DNA of 64,000 nt, from the NCBI RefSeq assembly GCF_009914755.1, contig NC_060947.1, one strand, 5' to 3'. Shown in pieces: positions 43,501 through 57,140 of the stretch. The position numbers were made by a program, and so were the translations under genes. Origin of the DNA: the human T2T-CHM13v2.0 reference genome, Homo sapiens. Each line of letters begins with the position of its first letter. The stretch's first letter is position 1. The notes beneath the pieces are model-generated. The model searched no databases. It had not been told where the DNA came from and saw only the letters and a list, made by a program, of their open reading frames with translations.

Positions 43501-43960
43501 TTTATGTATTTATTTTTCTAATTTTTCTGTCATAATTTTTGTATTTTTGTATCAATTTATTTCAGAATATTTTCTTGTTTTCTTGTCTCTTAAGATAAAT
43601 TTGCAATTAATATATTTTTATGTGACTTGTTTTCAATAAAAGCAATTAAGGTTACACATATTCTTCTTGCAACCACTTTAAGACTAAGACTTTGAGAGGC
43701 AATGATTTCATGCTTTCTTTATATCTAAGTTTTCTGTATATCAGTTTTGATTTATTCTTAAAACAAGTTAATTAGAACAGTTTTTTAAACATTTTAAGTC
43801 ATCTTCTGTGTTTCAGGCTAGTATTTTGATTTTTTTCTAGTTGATTCCCTGAAGTTGAAAAAAGTAAAATAATTTGTATGTTTTTTGCTTTTGTATTTTA
43901 TTGAGTTATTCTTTGTGAGTTAGTACATGATAAATATGGTATTTTATGAGTGCTTTGTGG
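40590..43960 (-). mobile_element. Highly diverged L1M(E) ORF2/3' fragments, with a nested L1MA 3' piece (~41135-41690)
   Basis: T-rich antisense L1-like motifs (TAGATTAACTTGGGGAGAATTGAC, AGGCATCCTTGTGTTGTTCC); boundaries approximate. Confidence 0.6.
41270..41560 (-). mobile_element. AluJ
   Basis: Diverged Alu dimer. Confidence 0.85.
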
Positions 43961-44029
43961 AATTTTTAACCCATGATATTCTGTCACACTAGAATTAATT
44001 CAAAGAGAAATACATGTTATGGGCTTTGA

Positions 44030-46670
44030 TACAGTAGCTTGCAGCAAACCAATGCTCCTGATGATAACAGAGAAAATCTGGATAAAATTCAAGATCTATT
44101 TTGAAGGTCTCAGGATAGTTTCAAAGACAACTAGAATTTCAAGGCCCAGATCCTAAAGAGAAGGAAAGGTAACTGAACTAAACTCAAGTTTTTATCTATT
44201 ATTTTTCCCCTTGGTCCATTTGCTGATTCATAGTCCCAAGAAAGAGGCAGAGAAGCGAGGATAGCTTTAGTTAATCTCATAGAATGGCAGGACAGATATT
44301 GAACTTCTGATATTCAAAGGAATCATAACATGAGGGGATAAGATCCCAAAGAGAAGGAAAGCACAAATACTTCGGTTAAATACTTGATGCCATTTTTCTC
44401 CTCGAGCCCTTTTCTCACTAAGCTGCACAGGGCAAAATCGTCAGAAACCAAGCCGAAAACAGCTGAAGAGCAAAGTGGAGTTTTTTGCAGTTTCATGACC
44501 TGGGAGCAAAAATTTGGAGTTCAGGATCCCTTATGAAGTAGCATAGCTGAGAGACTCTACAGGCTCTCATTTAAACCATGAAGGTTTAAAGTCTAGGATT
44601 GGAAGCAAAATGGGAGAAGGAATTTATAGAGACTGCAAACTAGTCTTGGATCATGTCACTCCAGGATTAGATACAGGTGACTTGCCTCTTTGCAGCCTGG
44701 ATAAGAGATAGAGTTAATCTTCTCTGGAGAAAGACAATCAAATTGAGAGCTTCCATAATTTTTCATAGGCAATGCCTGGCACTCAATAAAAGATTAACCA
44801 GCATAACAAAAATAAACTTCAAAAGAAGAATCTGGACAACAGAAAAAGACCCACTTGGAATCTGTCTGTTTGGTTATCAGACTTTGACTTTAAAATTATT
44901 ATCATCAATATCTTCAGGAAAATAGACAGCAAAAGAGTAGCGTTAATTTTTCCCAAATGAACAAAATACATTAAACCCCAATTCAAAAATTGTGATGCAC
45001 CTCAGGCAGAATAATATAAAAAGAAGCCACACATAGACATATAACAATAAAACTGCTTAAAACTAATGTGAAAGAGAAAATCTTTAAAAAAAAATCTAGA
45101 AAATAAGACTCACCACATTCAAAACAACATCAATTAAAGAGAAAACTGAAAAGCACTACTGAGTAATTAAAGAAAACCTAAATAAGGTAAAATAAAGGGA
45201 CAAACCAGTCTAATGAATTGGAAATCTCAATATTATAAATACGTCAATTCTCCTCAAATTTATCTGTAGGATTATGCAAGCCCCCCCGAAAATCAGCCAG
45301 TTTGTGTGTATGTATGTTTGCATATAATTTGACAAGTTCATGTTGAAATTTATAAGAAATTTTAATAGAATAGACAAGAATAGCCAAGACAATCTTAAAG
45401 AACAAGATGAAAGCTAGAGGATTTAATATTATCAGACTTACACCAACAAATATTCAGATATTTATTTTAAAGCTACAGTAATTATGACACTATAAATTGT
45501 GCATAAATAGACTAATTGAACAATGGAGCATGACAGACAGTTCAGAAATAGAGTCACATGATCAAATCTCCACTAAAATTCATTGGGGAAAGAATACATA
45601 TTTTAATAAAGAGTACAGGATTAATTAGATATCCAAATGAAACCTTGATCTCTCCCTCTCAGTATATAAATATATCAATTCAAAACGTATTGTGACATAA
45701 ACATAAAAGGTAAGACTAAAGGTTAAGAAAGAAACCTTTTAAAGCTTGGAGTCAGCAAAGATTTCCTAAACCAGTATACAAAACGTAATGTCCATAAAGA
45801 AAATAAATCATAAATTCAACCACATTAAAATTAAAAATATCTTTTCATCAGAAGACATAAAAGAGTGAAAGGAAAGCAATAAAATGAGAAAATAAATTTT
45901 AAAGTTTTTGTACAATAAAAGACATGCATCCAGAGCAATAAGTAAAGTAAAGGGAGACTCAAGAGAAATAGAAAAGGCAAAAGACTTAAATAGGCTCTTC
46001 CTCTCCCACCAAAAAAAGAATATTCAAGTGGACAATATACATATAAAAGATCATCAGGACAATGCAAATGAAAACCACAGTGAGTTACTACACATTCACT
46101 ACAATGAATACTTTTAAATAACTAAAAATACTATGTGCTGGAAAGGATATGGAGCAATTGCAACTTTCATACACTGTTGAAAGTGTAAATAGGCATAAAC
46201 ATTTTGGAAAAAAAATTTGTAATATTGGTTAAAGCTGAGCATATGTTGAACATATAATCCAACGATTTCTACTAGGTACATTCCCAAGAAAAATGAGTGC
46301 ATATATTCACCAGATACACATAGAAGTATGTGTTTAGTCGCTTTGTACAGAATAGCCCCAAACTAAAAACAATCCAAATATTTATCAACAGTAAAATGGA
46401 TAGTGTGTTCATATAAGGTATTATTACACAGTAATAAAAAATGGAAAAAATCATTACTACCTGAAACAGTAAGGATGAATTGCAGAAAACATATTTACAA
46501 AAATATGCTGAACACAAGGAATAAGTACTGCAAGATTACATTTCTATAACATTTAACAAACACCTAACAAATATTGTATTGCATTAAAAGTCTGGATAAT
46601 GGTTGTCTTTGATGGTGGATAGTAACTGGAAAGAGACATGAAGTAGGCTGCTGTTGAGTTAATAATGTTC
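44030..46670 (+). mobile_element. Diverged L1M fragments (5' region, ORF1/ORF2 pieces and 3' end)
   Basis: GAATAGCCAAGACAATCTTAAAG, AAAGCTACAGTAATTATGACAC, CAATGCAAATGAAAACCACAGTGAG; boundaries approximate. Confidence 0.6.
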
Positions 46671-47241
46671 CGTGAAATAGGTGAAAGAATCAAATAGCAC
46701 CTACATTAGAAGAACATTTTACTTTTGAAGGTGAAGGTATTATTTATCTGAGTGTTAGACCCTTAACATGATGAGCTGGTAGGAGCATGTTTGAAAATTT
46801 ATGAAAAGCATAAAAAGATATATAAGATTAGGAAAATCACATTCCAAGGAATACATAGTCTAACTGAATCAATTTTTGAGAATTCAAATTATTTTGAAAA
46901 GTTTTGGCTCATTGTTAATGAATTCTATCAAGATATACGTAGAATTATTAAATATTCTTTATATAATATATGGAAATAAACATTTTAATATCTCTTTAGG
47001 CACCTATGCTGCATATCTGAGCATATCTGAGTTGGTTTGGAGGCTCATATTTTTAATGCTGAGTATCAATACATAGATATTTTTCAAAATTCTGTGAAGA
47101 CAATATAAAAGTTATTGGTATATTGTCATTTTTTGAAATAATAATATATTTGAACTCACATTGAGCATTAATTTGAACTTTACTTCATGTTATCATTTAT
47201 TCATACAGAAAATATTAAGCAGCTATTACACAATTATATAA

Positions 47242-47899
47242 TGAAGGAAATTAAAATATTTTACACCAAAATATATTTCTTTGACATATCTCGAAATGGC
47301 TTCTGCTTGGCCATCCTGACAGAAGTGGCCTTGCAAAGCTGTCTTGAGTGGGGAAAATTTGCATTTGTAGAGAATCCCCATTTCCCTCTCTCCTTTATAT
47401 GACTTTTCCAAGATCCAGAAGAGATTGAGCCCGACACCTTTAAAAGTCTGAAAAGAAATATTTGCCATCTATTCTCTCAGAAAGAGGCTTCATCTACATA
47501 TTAAGGCCACCTTTGCTAGCCAAGCTTCTTCCTTTCTTTCTCTCTTTTTTTTTTTTTTTTTTTCTGAGGCGGAGTCTCGCTCCGTCCCCCAGGCGGGAGT
47601 GCAGTGGCGCGATCTCGGCTCACTGCAAGCTCCGCCTCCCGGGTTCACGCCATCTTGCCACTAAACCTGATTTACCAACATAACCTGTTTCTGGCCATGC
47701 TGTGAATCTGCATTCTTTACTGTGTCCTTGGGATACTAGGTAAGTTTCTGTATGTCACTGGAAAGTTGAGTCTTTAGTCTGAAGCTACTGTGTGTATGCG
47801 TTACATACAACTGTATGCCTTTTCTCCTGTTAATCAATCTGCCTGATATCAGTGAATTTTAGCAAACCTTTAAGGGACCAAGAGCCTATGGTACCTACA
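47242..47899 (+). mobile_element. ERV1 solo LTR of the MER34/MER39/LTR29-like group
   Basis: TGAAGG...ATTTTACACCAAAATATATTTCTTTGACATA...CCTACA; 4-bp TSD ATAA at 47238-47241 and 47900-47903; exact family uncertain. Confidence 0.75.
47545..47653 (-). mobile_element. Severely 5'-truncated AluY-like 3' end
   Basis: Poly-T + GAGGCGGAGTCTCGC...GCAAGCTCCGCCTCCCGGGTTCACGCCAT; CpGs intact. Confidence 0.9.
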
Positions 47900-48009
47900 A
47901 TAACATGCTTGGCAATGGGAAGAAGGTACAATACCTTCCTCCGAGAATTTTCTTTTAGTTTGGTGTTAGAGAAGGAAACATGAGAAGTATAGTATACTAA
48001 TTAATAGAA

Positions 48010-48147
48010 TGTCTGGAGTCAAATTGTCTGTGTTAGAAGCTTCTCTGTTTGCTAACTCTGTTACTTTGAATAATACTCTTAACCTCTTTGTGCCCATTTC
48101 ATAATCTTGAAATGGGGAAAATAATATGCTAACTTACAGGGTCATTA
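48010..48147 (+). mobile_element. MIR, left part; the right part is at 56553-56665 after the provirus
   Basis: AATGGGGAAAATAATATGCTAACTTACAGGGTCATT joins TGAGGACTAAAT...CACATAGTAAATGCCTAATAAAT. Confidence 0.7.
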
Positions 48148-49020
48148 TCTTCCTAGGAAGTACGGGGGTCCTTGGTTCTTGTTCTACTTAGGAGAAATAA
48201 TTCAGTCAAGAACCAAGTAATAAAATAAGCAAAAGATCTATTAAGGAAATAAGAGTACGCTCCAAGAGAGGACTAGGCTGACCTGGCTGGGAGCAGACCC
48301 AAGAATTCTTCATTGTGGTTTTTATTATGTTGGACTGTTTCTTTAAGTTCCCTCCTCTTTCTTAAGTCTCTGCCTTTGTCTTTGTATAGTTTCCCACTTC
48401 TGTCTTAAGTCTCTGCCCTTGTCTCCATGTAGTAGTTCCTGCTCAGGTTTGTGAGATTCTCCCTTACTGTCAGTTGATGTGCACATGTGGGCCCAGTGAT
48501 CAATACAAACTCTACCTAAGGTGTTCCTCATGACCACAACCCCTGGAGGGTCATATAGCTGTTAAATCTGTACTTATTTTGCTTGCGTATCTCTTAGGAA
48601 TTTCCCCTTTGTCCTTTTTCCCTTTTTTTTTTTATTATACTTTAAGTTTTAGGGTACATGTGCACAACGTGCAGGTTTGTTACATATGTATACATGTGCC
48701 ATGTTGGTATGCTGCACCCATTAACTCGTCATTTAACATTAGGTATATCTCCTAATGCTATCCCTCCCCATTTGATCCTTTTTCCCTTCTTATCAGCATG
48801 TGGCTAGCTACATTCTGACAGGTTAACTGCAGAGTGAGCAACTACTGAGCATTGTAAGGGGCATTTCTGGGTGTTCTTTTCTGCATAGGTATTTCCCTTC
48901 TTATCTGCTTATATTTTGCATGTATGTTTTAGGTGGTCTCTAGGGCATGAGATTTTCCAGAGCTTTCTCCTTCAGGGGCTCCCTTTCCTGCTCATGTTTA
49001 ACTATCTGCCTACTCCAAAA
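48148..49020 (-). mobile_element. 3' LTR (LTR19-like)
   Basis: Colinear with 55536-56552; preceded on the minus strand by PPT GAGGGGGGAA; terminal TG/CA dinucleotides mutated. Confidence 0.85.
48625..48770 (-). mobile_element. L1PA (PA3/4-like) extreme 3' end, ~145 bp
   Basis: TTATTATACTTTAAGTTTTAGGGTACATGTGCACAACG...TATCCCTCCCC; TSD TTTG(A)TCCTTTTTCCCTT at 48608-48624 and 48771-48788. Confidence 0.92.
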
Positions 49021-49229
49021 TTCCCCCCTCAAAAGTTTGAGACCCTAACAATTTTTGAGTCTAGGAGTATCTTGGGTCTTCTGTAACTACTTCCTGCTGA
49101 TACAGAATTAACTCATCCAGGGTCTCCTTCTCTTGCCCTCTGTCAGGAGCCCCTCCTTTTCCCCGAACCTTTTCCTGCATTCAAGGGAGAGGTGTTTACA
49201 TAGGTGTTGGGATCTGCAAATGTAATATG

Positions 49230-49890
49230 TTATATCCTTGCTGTAATCTCATTTGATGACTGGTAGCCTGAATGCAGAAAGAAATAAATTTAGTTAACAA
49301 ATTGACCAAGCAAAGGCCTAAGAGGAGAAGAAGGAGCACCGTGGAGAGTGGGCCAAGAGGAGGTCAGAATCAACTGAGGATGTTCCATGTCCCTGAGAAT
49401 GGGCCTGAAGCTGCCTGTAGATGTTTAGCTTTTTCTTGTGGTTGTTGAATGCTGTCCTGTATGATTTCTAACTGGTTAACATTCTTCTTTGAGCATAGCA
49501 CAGGTTCCTCCCTGGGCTGAGGTGCTGATGTCTAAGGCGTGTTGGTTTTGGAGGCCCATCCCTGCTAGGGAGTTAAATTGCTGGTCAAGCCATTGGACAA
49601 CCAATGGCTTTGGTTGTCTCTTCAAGAGCCTGTCCTGGCTCATGGGATAAGGTGGTATGCATTTGCTGAAAGATTAAAATTCCTACACTCCTGTTCTTAT
49701 TTTAGTTACTCCAGTTCTTAACCCCAGAGCTGTAAGTAAGGGAAGGAAGGCTATGACCACTCTTTGAGATGTGGACTTGGAGGGAAGGGGGATAGGTACT
49801 GACTGATGTTGGTTTAGGAGGGCCACATCAAGGGAAAGATAAATTAATGAGCAAGTTCCCCTCCAATTGTTAGAGAAGAATAGGTAAGTC
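49230..49890 (-). pseudogene. env: env remnant (end of SU + TM)
   Basis: Minus strand: fusion-peptide-like IAFLPLLTALG (~49725-49760); frameshifted immunosuppressive-domain-like LQNQ..ALDI..AQGGTCAMLKEEC (~49480-49555). Confidence 0.75.
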
Positions 49891-50179
49891 TGACTTTTTA
49901 TAGCATAGCCAAGGGCATAGCTAACTCCACATGTCCCCAGGCCTTGCCAAGAATTTAATTACTCTAAAGCAGGCAAGTTGAATAATTATCAAAAGTCATA
50001 GAAACAGTTTATGACCTAGGTAACATTATCTGTTTGATGTTTTTGGGCCTGAAAACTCTGAGATGAGGAGGGAGGAGCCATTTGCTTATCTTTTTGTTTG
50101 AAGAGAAGCTTCAGGTCTTCCAATGGCTCAGAAGAGTAACTGGGCGTTGGTTCTTTTCCTGTTCTTTGGAGCCTTCCCA

Positions 50180-51000
50180 GGGTTTTATTTGGGAGTGATA
50201 TATGCAACTAGAGATGTCAGGAACTTTGATAGCTGTTGGGGTGGAAAGTAAGACAGTAAAAGGACCCTTCCATAAGGGGGTTAGCTGAGACCCAGGTGAC
50301 CAGTCTCTCCAGGTTTTAATGAGGACTTGCGACCCTGGCAGGTATACGAGTTGTTGGTTGTTGAAGGGGTCACTAGCCAGCAGTACTCTGTGTATATATT
50401 CAGTTAGTTCTAGGTATGAAATTCTGTCTTAGCTTTGAATACTTTGTATCCTCTTTTGCTAGAAAGTTTAAGGTTTGTATTGCATGTTGTTGTACAAGCT
50501 CTGTGGTGGGTGGGGCAAAGGAGTAGGTTATGTATATATTGTAGAAGTTGTCTTTCATCAAGAATAGCTTGGTTAGATTTCTTGCTAGGGCTTTATGGAT
50601 GTGTGAGCTGTCTACAAAACCAGAGGTAGGACTGTCTGGATTGAAGTCATTGGTTAAAGGTTTAGGCAGCTTTTCCCGGGAGAAATAAGGCCATTGGGGG
50701 AAAGATGAATCCAGAGGTTGGGTAAATATTAAGGAGGCACCCACCTTGTGAAGTACATTCTTTCCCAAAAGGGGTGTGGGGCATTCGGACATTGCCAGGG
50801 TCTGGTGGGAGAATAGTAATTGATCCCCATATGCAATATAAAGTGGGTGTGAATCTTTATTGGGGGGTGCTATTTTCCCCCATCACCTAACTAGATTTGG
50901 AGGAAAGTTTTCCAAAGAAGGTTAGCACAAACTTGGTGGCCCTTGTATTTTTTTTTTTTAAATTATAGTCCTACCTGCCGCTTCCAGAGTTGCCCTTGGC
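50180..51000 (-). pseudogene. pol: pro and heavily deleted pol remnant
   Basis: ECPTPLLGKNVLHKVGASL (end of protease; ORF 50400-50792) and integrase C-terminal LTPLWKGPFTVLLSTPTAIKV at ~50220-50285. Confidence 0.75.
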
Positions 51001-51009
51001 TCTATTCCT

Positions 51010-51899
51010 TTAATGATTATGTCTGATCTGGGAGCTGGCTGTAGTGGAGGGCCCCTTCAGCTCAAGGCCATCATTAGATGGGGGATCCAGCGAGGGAGTC
51101 TTTTGGCTCCTGGGACAATCCTTACTCCAGTGGCTGAGCTTATGGCAAAGGGGGAGTTCATGTGGGGCTTTCTTCCAGTTGGGCAGTTCCTTCTTCAGTG
51201 GCCCGGTCTTTTGCACTGATGGCAGTTACCTGGGAGCGTATTTTTACGGCAGCTTGGTGGGGTCTGGAAGACTTGTAAAGTAGCCAATAGTTGAGCCTGC
51301 CTCCTCCTGTCTCTTTGTTTTTCTCTCTTCTTGACCCTGTATTCCTCACTCTGATCCCAGTTATAAAAGACCAATGAAGCTAAATTAAGGATTTCTGGCA
51401 TAGAGGCACTGAGTCTTAAGGCTGACTTTTGCAATTTTCTCCTAATGTCTGGAGTGGCTTGAGTGAAGAAATGGTCCTTCAGGCCTAGTCCCTCTGGGAA
51501 TTCTGTGTTTAAGTTGGTGTGCTTAATAAGGGTTTCCTGTAGCTTTTTAAGAAAGGCTATAGGATTTTCTTTTGGCCCCTAGTTTATGGTGGCTAAGCAT
51601 AGGTAGGACAGAGGGATCTGGCTTATAAGCTTTACAAAGATTAGAGTCTTCCCTCAAAGCCATGAGGGTTTGTAAATAGGGGAGCTCTGACTATTTGCCC
51701 TGATGGCAGCAGAAAAAGTCCAGCTGGAGGATGGTATTAAAATTTGTACTTTTGTTCTCCAGCCAGATTTCCTCTGGTTTTATAAAGGAAAAATAGTTTT
51801 TTTTTTTCACTTTAGGGTTTGAGGGTTGAATTTATCTAAATTTTTAAGGATGCATCTCAGAAGGGGTGAATCTTGGGGTATGGAAGTCTGGTTATCCAT
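51010..51899 (-). pseudogene. gag: gag remnant (HERV9/W-like), internally deleted
   Basis: ATG at 51899: MDNQTSIPQDSPLLRCILKNLDKFNPQTLK*; two knuckles, CHQCKRPGH and CHKLSHWSKDC. Confidence 0.8.
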
Positions 51900-53020
51900 T
51901 TTAAAGAGAAGACAAAGGAGAACTGTAGGATGAAAGAGGTGTCTCCCTGTCCATTCCTACAATGACTTATGAAGGTGAGGCATCCCTCACCAGACCAAGG
52001 AAGGCAAAATGCCCCTCACCTTGCACTTAGGGAGCTCTGGATTTGGTTGATTCTTGCTGTGTGCTCTTTTTGTCTCTGCTTTCTCTCTTTTAATCAGAAA
52101 GATTTCCCCAGTCTCCTTTTGGTTAATATTTTACTGGTGACATCTTTCTTGCCTCTATTCCAGGCAAGGGGGTGGAGTAGTATCTGATACAGGAGTAATT
52201 TTGTTGCCTTTTATATTCTCAATGATCCTGGCCCTTTAAGAAACCCAATAGTTGTACCTCCGCCAAAGCTTGAAGAGAAGAGACCTCCACATAGGGTTGT
52301 TTTAGTCTATAATGACACTTAGATAAATGGTGTAGATGGTTAGAGGAGTCAGGGAAGATTTGAAACCTTCCCCTGTTTTGAGGAGGTTCCTTAGGGCTTA
52401 TGCTGAAAAGATGCTTGAGAAGGCATGGTAATTCCTAGGTCCCAGGCTAAGTGGACTAGGTTCTTGACTCCAGTTTTTTATATAATTACATGAATGGCAA
52501 GGGGAGCCCAGGGACATTTTCTGTTGGTTTGTTTAATAAAAAGCAAAAAATGCTTTAGGGTTTCAGAGTTTGACAATAATGGTCTTAAGAGACAGAGGAA
52601 GAACATCCCATTGGCCCATAAGGAGCTCCAGTTGTAAAGTGAGACAGAAGGAAGAGAAGGTGGGGGCCGCAGATGGCTACCTGGAGGAGCCAGACAGCCC
52701 ACTTGAGAAGCTAAAGCCTAATGTGTTTACTAAGGGTGGCCAGGCTAGAAAGGCCTGGTAATAAATGAAGGATGCTTTAAATGGTTGCAGGAGGAACCAG
52801 AGGAGCAGATCCTGCTAGGAGGCTAAGCATGAAGAAGGAATTCAAAGAAACCTTGTGGAGAACGAAGACACAGCAGGGAGTAAGCTAATTTGTGAGATTA
52901 ACTGTCCATGGGGGCATGCCTCCTTTCTGTGGTTGCTAGCACCCACTCAGGGGAGAGAAGGGGGTAAAATGCAATGAAAGGAAAGTTTAACAGTGAAATT
53001 ATTGGAGGATAACCATTTTA

Positions 53021-55098
53021 TACTATTATTTATTTATTTATTTATTTTTATTTCAATGGTTTTTGGGGAACAGGTGGTGTTTGGTTGCATGGAAAAAATT
53101 GTTAGTGATAATTCCTGGTATTTTGGTGCATCCATCAGCCAAGCAGTGTACACTGCACCCAATGTGTACTATTTTATTCCTCACTCACCTCCCATCCTTC
53201 CCCGCAAAATTCCCAAAGTCCATTATGTAATTCTTAAGGCTTTGCATCCTCATAGCTTAGCTCCTACTTATAAGTGAGAATATATGATGTTTGATTTCCC
53301 AGTCCTGTGTTATTTCACTTAGAATAATGGTCTCCATCTCCATCCTGGTTGCTGCAAATGCCATTATTTTGTTCCCTTTTATGGCTGAATAGTATTCCAT
53401 GGTATACATATATATATCACATTTTCTTTATCCACTCGTTGGTTGATGGGCATTGAGGCTGGTTCCATATTTTTTCATTTGCGAATTTTGTTGCTAAAAG
53501 CATGCATGTGCAAGTGTCTTTTTCATATAATGACTTTTTTCCTCTGGATAGACACCAAGTAGTGGGATTGCTGGATCAAATGGTAGTTCTACTTTCAGTT
53601 CCTTAAGGAATCTCCATGCTGTTTCCCACAGTGGTTATACTAGTTTACATTCCAACCAGCAGTGTAAAAGTGTCCCCTTTTCACCACCTCCATGCTAACA
53701 TCTGTTATTTTTTGATATTTTAATTATGGCCATTCTTGCAGGAGTAAAGTGGTTTCTCATTGTGGTTTTGATTTGCATTTCCCTAATAATTAGTGATGTT
53801 GAGAATGTTTACATGTTTGTTGGCCATTTGTATATATTTTTTTGTGAATTGTTTATTCATGTCTTTTGCCCACTTTTTGATGAGATTTTTTTTTTCTTGC
53901 TGATTTGTTTGCATTCCTTGTAAATTTTGGATATTAGTTCTTTGTCAGATGTGTAGTTTGCAAATATTATTTCTCACTGTATGGGTTGTCTGTTTACTCT
54001 GCTGATTATTTCTTCTGCTGTGCAGAAGCCTTTTAGTTTAATTAGGTCCCATCTATTATCTTTGTTTTTGTTTTATTTGCTTTTGTGTTCTTGGTCATGA
54101 ACTCTTTACCTAAGCCAATGTCTAGAAGAGTTTTGCCAATGTTATCTTCTAGAATTGTAATGGTTTCAGGTCTTAGATTTAAGTCTTTGATCCATCTTGT
54201 GTTGACTTTTGTATAAGGTGAGAGATGAAGATCCAGCTTCATTCTTCTACATGGGGCTTGCCAATGATCCCAGCATCATTTGTTGAATAGGGTGTCCTTT
54301 CCCCATTTTATGTGTTTGATTCCTTTGTTGAAGATCAGTTGGCTGTAAGTGTTTGGCTTTATTTCTGGGTTCTCTATTCTCTTCCATTTGTCCAGATGCC
54401 TGTTTTTATACCAGTACCATACTGTTTTGGTAACTATAATCTTGTAGTGTAGTTTGAAGTCAGGTAACGTGATGTCTCCAGACTTACTCTTTTCGCTTAG
54501 CCTTGCTTTGGCTATGTGGGCTGTCTTTTGGTTCCATATGAATTTTATGATTTTCTTTTCTAGTTCTGTGAAGAATGATGATGGCATTTTTATGGGAGTT
54601 GCATTGAATTTGTAGATTGCTTTTGGAAGTATAGTTATTTTCAAAATATTGATTCTACTTATCCATGAGCATGGGATACGTTTCCATTTGTTTGTGTTGT
54701 GGATAATTTCATTCCACAGTGGTGTTTTGTAGATTTTCCTGTAGAGATCTTTCACCTCCTTGGTTAGGTATATTCCTAAGTATTTTATTTTTTAAGAGCT
54801 GTTGTAAGAGAGATTGAGTTCTTGATTTGATTCTCAGTCTAGTTGTGGTTGGTGTGTAGCAGTGCTACTGAATTGTGTACATTGATTTTGTATCCTGAAA
54901 CTCTGAATGCATTCAGCAGGTCCAGGAGCTTTTGGATGAGTCTTTAGGGTTTTCTAGGCATACAATCATATTATTGGCTAACAGTGACGGTTTGACTTCC
55001 TCTTTACTGATTTGGATGCCCTTTATTTCTTTCTCTTGTCTAATTGCTCTGGCTATGACTTTCAGTGCAATATTGAGTAGAAGTGGTGAAAGTGGGCA
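53021..55098 (-). mobile_element. 5'-truncated L1PB inserted in the proviral leader
   Basis: L1PB 3' end (GTTTTTGGGGAACAGGTGGTGTTTGG); ORF2 pieces 54276-54755; TSD GGATAACCATTTTA (53007-53020) / GGATTACCATTTTA (55101-55114). Confidence 0.92.
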
Positions 55099-55512
55099 GC
55101 GGATTACCATTTTAGTTAAGAGATACGAAGATCCTCAGTCATTGCATGGCCTAGTCTTAATCCCCACCACCTTCACTAGCCTCCTCTCAGGGAGGCTTAC
55201 AGTGGCTTAGATCTATGTGGTGTGGACCTTGAAGTCCTTCTACCTTCACTTGTCACCCCATCAGAGTCAACTGAGAAATCAGCCAGAGTTAGCATAGTCA
55301 CAGTGGCTGAAGGGAATTGTACTGGAGATTTGTAAGAATGTGAAAGAGTGAGCAAAGGAAGGCCTCATTTTAAATTGGCAAGAACAGCATTAGGAGTGGG
55401 AGGTTTTTCTCAAAACTTTAGTAAAACAGCCCAGGAAGAAGCAGAGGTAGTTGACCAGGTAGTCTGAGACAACCATGGCACTTATCTTGAAGAACCATTT
55501 GCAGGTTAGGCT

Positions 55513-55530
55513 CTCTGAGTCACAGCACCA
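55513..55530 (-). promoter_or_regulatory. Primer-binding site, tRNA-His-like
   Basis: Minus strand TGGTGCTGTGACTCAGAG versus TGGTGCCGTGACTCGGAT (15/18; two differences are CpG transitions), 5 nt from the LTR. Confidence 0.75.
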
Positions 55531-55535
55531 CAATA

Positions 55536-56552
<1,017 letters not shown>

Positions 56553-57140
56553 ATTGTGAGGACTAAATTAAAGGTTATAATACAAATAAATTGCTTAGCA
56601 TATACAAATAAATTGCTTAGCACGTGTCTAACACATAGTAAATGCCTAATAAATCCTTATTACTGTTACTGTCAAATCACTATACATTGTGATATGTTTT
56701 GTGATAAAAGTAAGTACAAGATATTATGTGAACCCAGATAGAGGTACCAAACAAATCCTTGGTGGTTCAAAGAACTTATATAACTGACATATTCTAATGT
56801 TACAATTTAACAAATTTTTATTGATTGCCTACTGATGTTAGGTACTATGCTACGTTTTGATAATATAATGTGAACAAGTCATAATTTGTTCCTTCAAGTT
56901 GCTCATCGTCTGGTGGGAAAGGCAGATCATTATACAGTAGTATAATACACGCTGTGATTACCTAAGTGCAAGGTGTTCTAGGTGCATATAGGCAAAGTAT
57001 ATTATTCAATATTATGAGACCAAAAAAAACTTCTTAAGGGAAATATTATTGAAACTTAGATGTGAATAATGGATAGTACTAGTTTAGGAGAAGAAAAAGG
57101 GGCTCAGTATTCCAAAGAGAAGCAATGTGTACCACAGGCT

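Noticed and set aside
49230-49890. Possible co-opted env (syncytin-like)
   Set aside because: No ORF of 60 aa or more; SU largely absent; immunosuppressive domain frameshifted; no intact furin site.
56580-56622. 22-bp tandem duplication ATACAAATAAATTGCTTAGCA in MIR
   Set aside because: Ordinary slippage duplication; similar micro-duplications occur at 11101-11125 and ~35528.
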